Shown piece after piece: positions 62,486 through 64,000 of a DNA stretch of 64,000 nt. The stretch spans positions 15,619 to 79,618 of the forward strand of contig JAUCBJ010004241.1 in the NCBI GenBank assembly GCA_032718475.1, written 5' to 3'. Positions within the stretch are counted from its first letter, which is position 1; the number at the start of each line of letters is the position of its first letter. The stretch comes from Nemertoderma westbladi (lineage: Eukaryota; Animalia; Xenacoelomorpha). The position numbers and the translations under genes were made by a program. The notes under the pieces were generated by a model. It worked only from the letters and a program-made list of their open reading frames with translations, ran no database searches and was not told the origin of the DNA.

Positions 62486-64000
62486 AAGCCAATTATTGTG
62501 GATTGCCTGGTGGCAGCACAAAATGTATTTGTTAAGATATTGCATCACAATGTGCAGTTGTAATGAAGCAGATCGATTATGGATAGATAGATTTGGGTAA
62601 TTAATATCCGCAATAACATTGTATTATTGTAAATAATATGATATGGCGTGAGTCTGAGAGTAGGTCTAAAGAAGTGACAGTTCTACAAATACAAAAATAA
62701 AAGTAGTAAGGCGGTGGACAGAATCTTACGGTAAACATTTTGATACGCATTTTGTTACCGGAAGTTGTAGCGGAGTGCAATAGGCACCCGGGACACACAC
62801 CACACTTTTACTACTACAGTAGGCCGGCCTACTGTACAACTAGCTATTAATTTGTTTATTGTATAAAATTCTGCAAAATATAAGTGACTACCGGTACTGT
62901 ATGTTTGTTAAATATTTAATAATAAAATATAGGTATTTGTACCGGTTAATATATTTATGAACAAATTCACTCTACATAATGCACTATGCTGCATGGCGCT
63001 ATGGGGTTATTGGTTACCGGTAGGTGACTGACATAGAACTCACAAAATATTGGTAAGGAACAGATCAATTTGGTAATAAAACCGAGTAGCCTATTGAGTA
63101 ACGTAATAATTTGTTGGCTTGGAAATGGCGAAATCAATGTGATGAGTCATGTAAGTATAGAGTAAGTATAGTTTTCACTTTTAATTTTCCATAGAAAGTG
63201 AATAAAAAAGACAAAATATTTTGTCGTTTTATTATATCATACTGTGGGGGAGAGCCGCGAATCAAGGTGGGCCTTAGCATAGAAGGCGTTGACTATATTG
63301 TCCTATAAACAACCTGGCTTCGCATATTGCACGCATCGATTGTTATAAAGATCGTCAGTTTGCGTTTCGGAAATATATTTTAAGACAAAAAAACAGGACG
63401 AGCTTATAATGAAGACGAGTACTGCGTTGACTATATACTCTTATAACTGCACTGGGCAGGTTTGTTACACGCTGCCCTCGCAGCGTTTCTAGTAAGTAGA
63501 AATAAATTTTAAGATACATTTTGGGTGGACTATATTGAATTGAAATTTTTTTTATAAAAAAATCATTTTTGATGCCCCTTAGCGGCCAAAGTGAAAATTT
63601 ACATATTGAATTACTGTAAAACGCCACTCCTTTAGACTAAAAATTAGACCATAATGTGTCAATTTGGGATCATTGCCTTTAAATTTTGAACCTACCCGCG
63701 CAAAAACTGGTTGTTAATATAAGAGTGTCTGTTAATATACAGTGCTGTATATCTAGTAACAAGAAAGCACAACACTTTACAAAGATTTTTGCTATGCATG
63801 GGGGTTTTCTGGTCGCTGATCTCATTTCTGAGGTCTGTTTTCACTTTTAATGAAATCTAGTTTGTCTCCCTGTCGGTCTATCTGACTGACTAAGGATCTG
63901 TCCGTCTCCTTCAAAATATAAGAAAGTGGCACAATATTTATTGTAGCTAAATGTTAAGCTGTAGGACTGGCTTTATAATTGACGTTTTAGCCGCCAGACT

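Overview
Repeat-rich eukaryotic, probably invertebrate, genomic DNA. It is dominated by one family of giant BEL/Pao LTR retrotransposons, present four times: an 18.2-kb full-length but decayed copy (39479-57720), a 12.4-kb internally deleted copy (1783-14134), a solo LTR (18954-20213) and an older relic (about 21990-23464). The deleted copy sits in a 75-bp satellite inside an intron of greatwall/MASTL. Two features of the family are unusual. (1) It has no tRNA-type PBS: the 11-13 nt directly after the 5' LTR are the exact reverse complement of a motif inside the LTR, the geometry of Tf1-style self-priming. (2) At the env position it carries a ~1,400-aa accessory ORF under purifying selection, with a WRN/EXD/Mut-7-like DEDD 3'-5' exonuclease domain, zinc knuckles and a basic tail. 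Host genes: last exon of greatwall, an L-threonine aldolase, a GTSF1/Asterix-like piRNA cofactor with a 7-aa repeat, and two paralogous DUF1771-Smr-like proteins with C-terminal transmembrane helices. Also present are several MITE families, a likely P-element excision footprint, RTE LINE fragments, a Harbinger-type Myb fragment and three satellite families. All calls come from motif reading by eye; no database searches were run.
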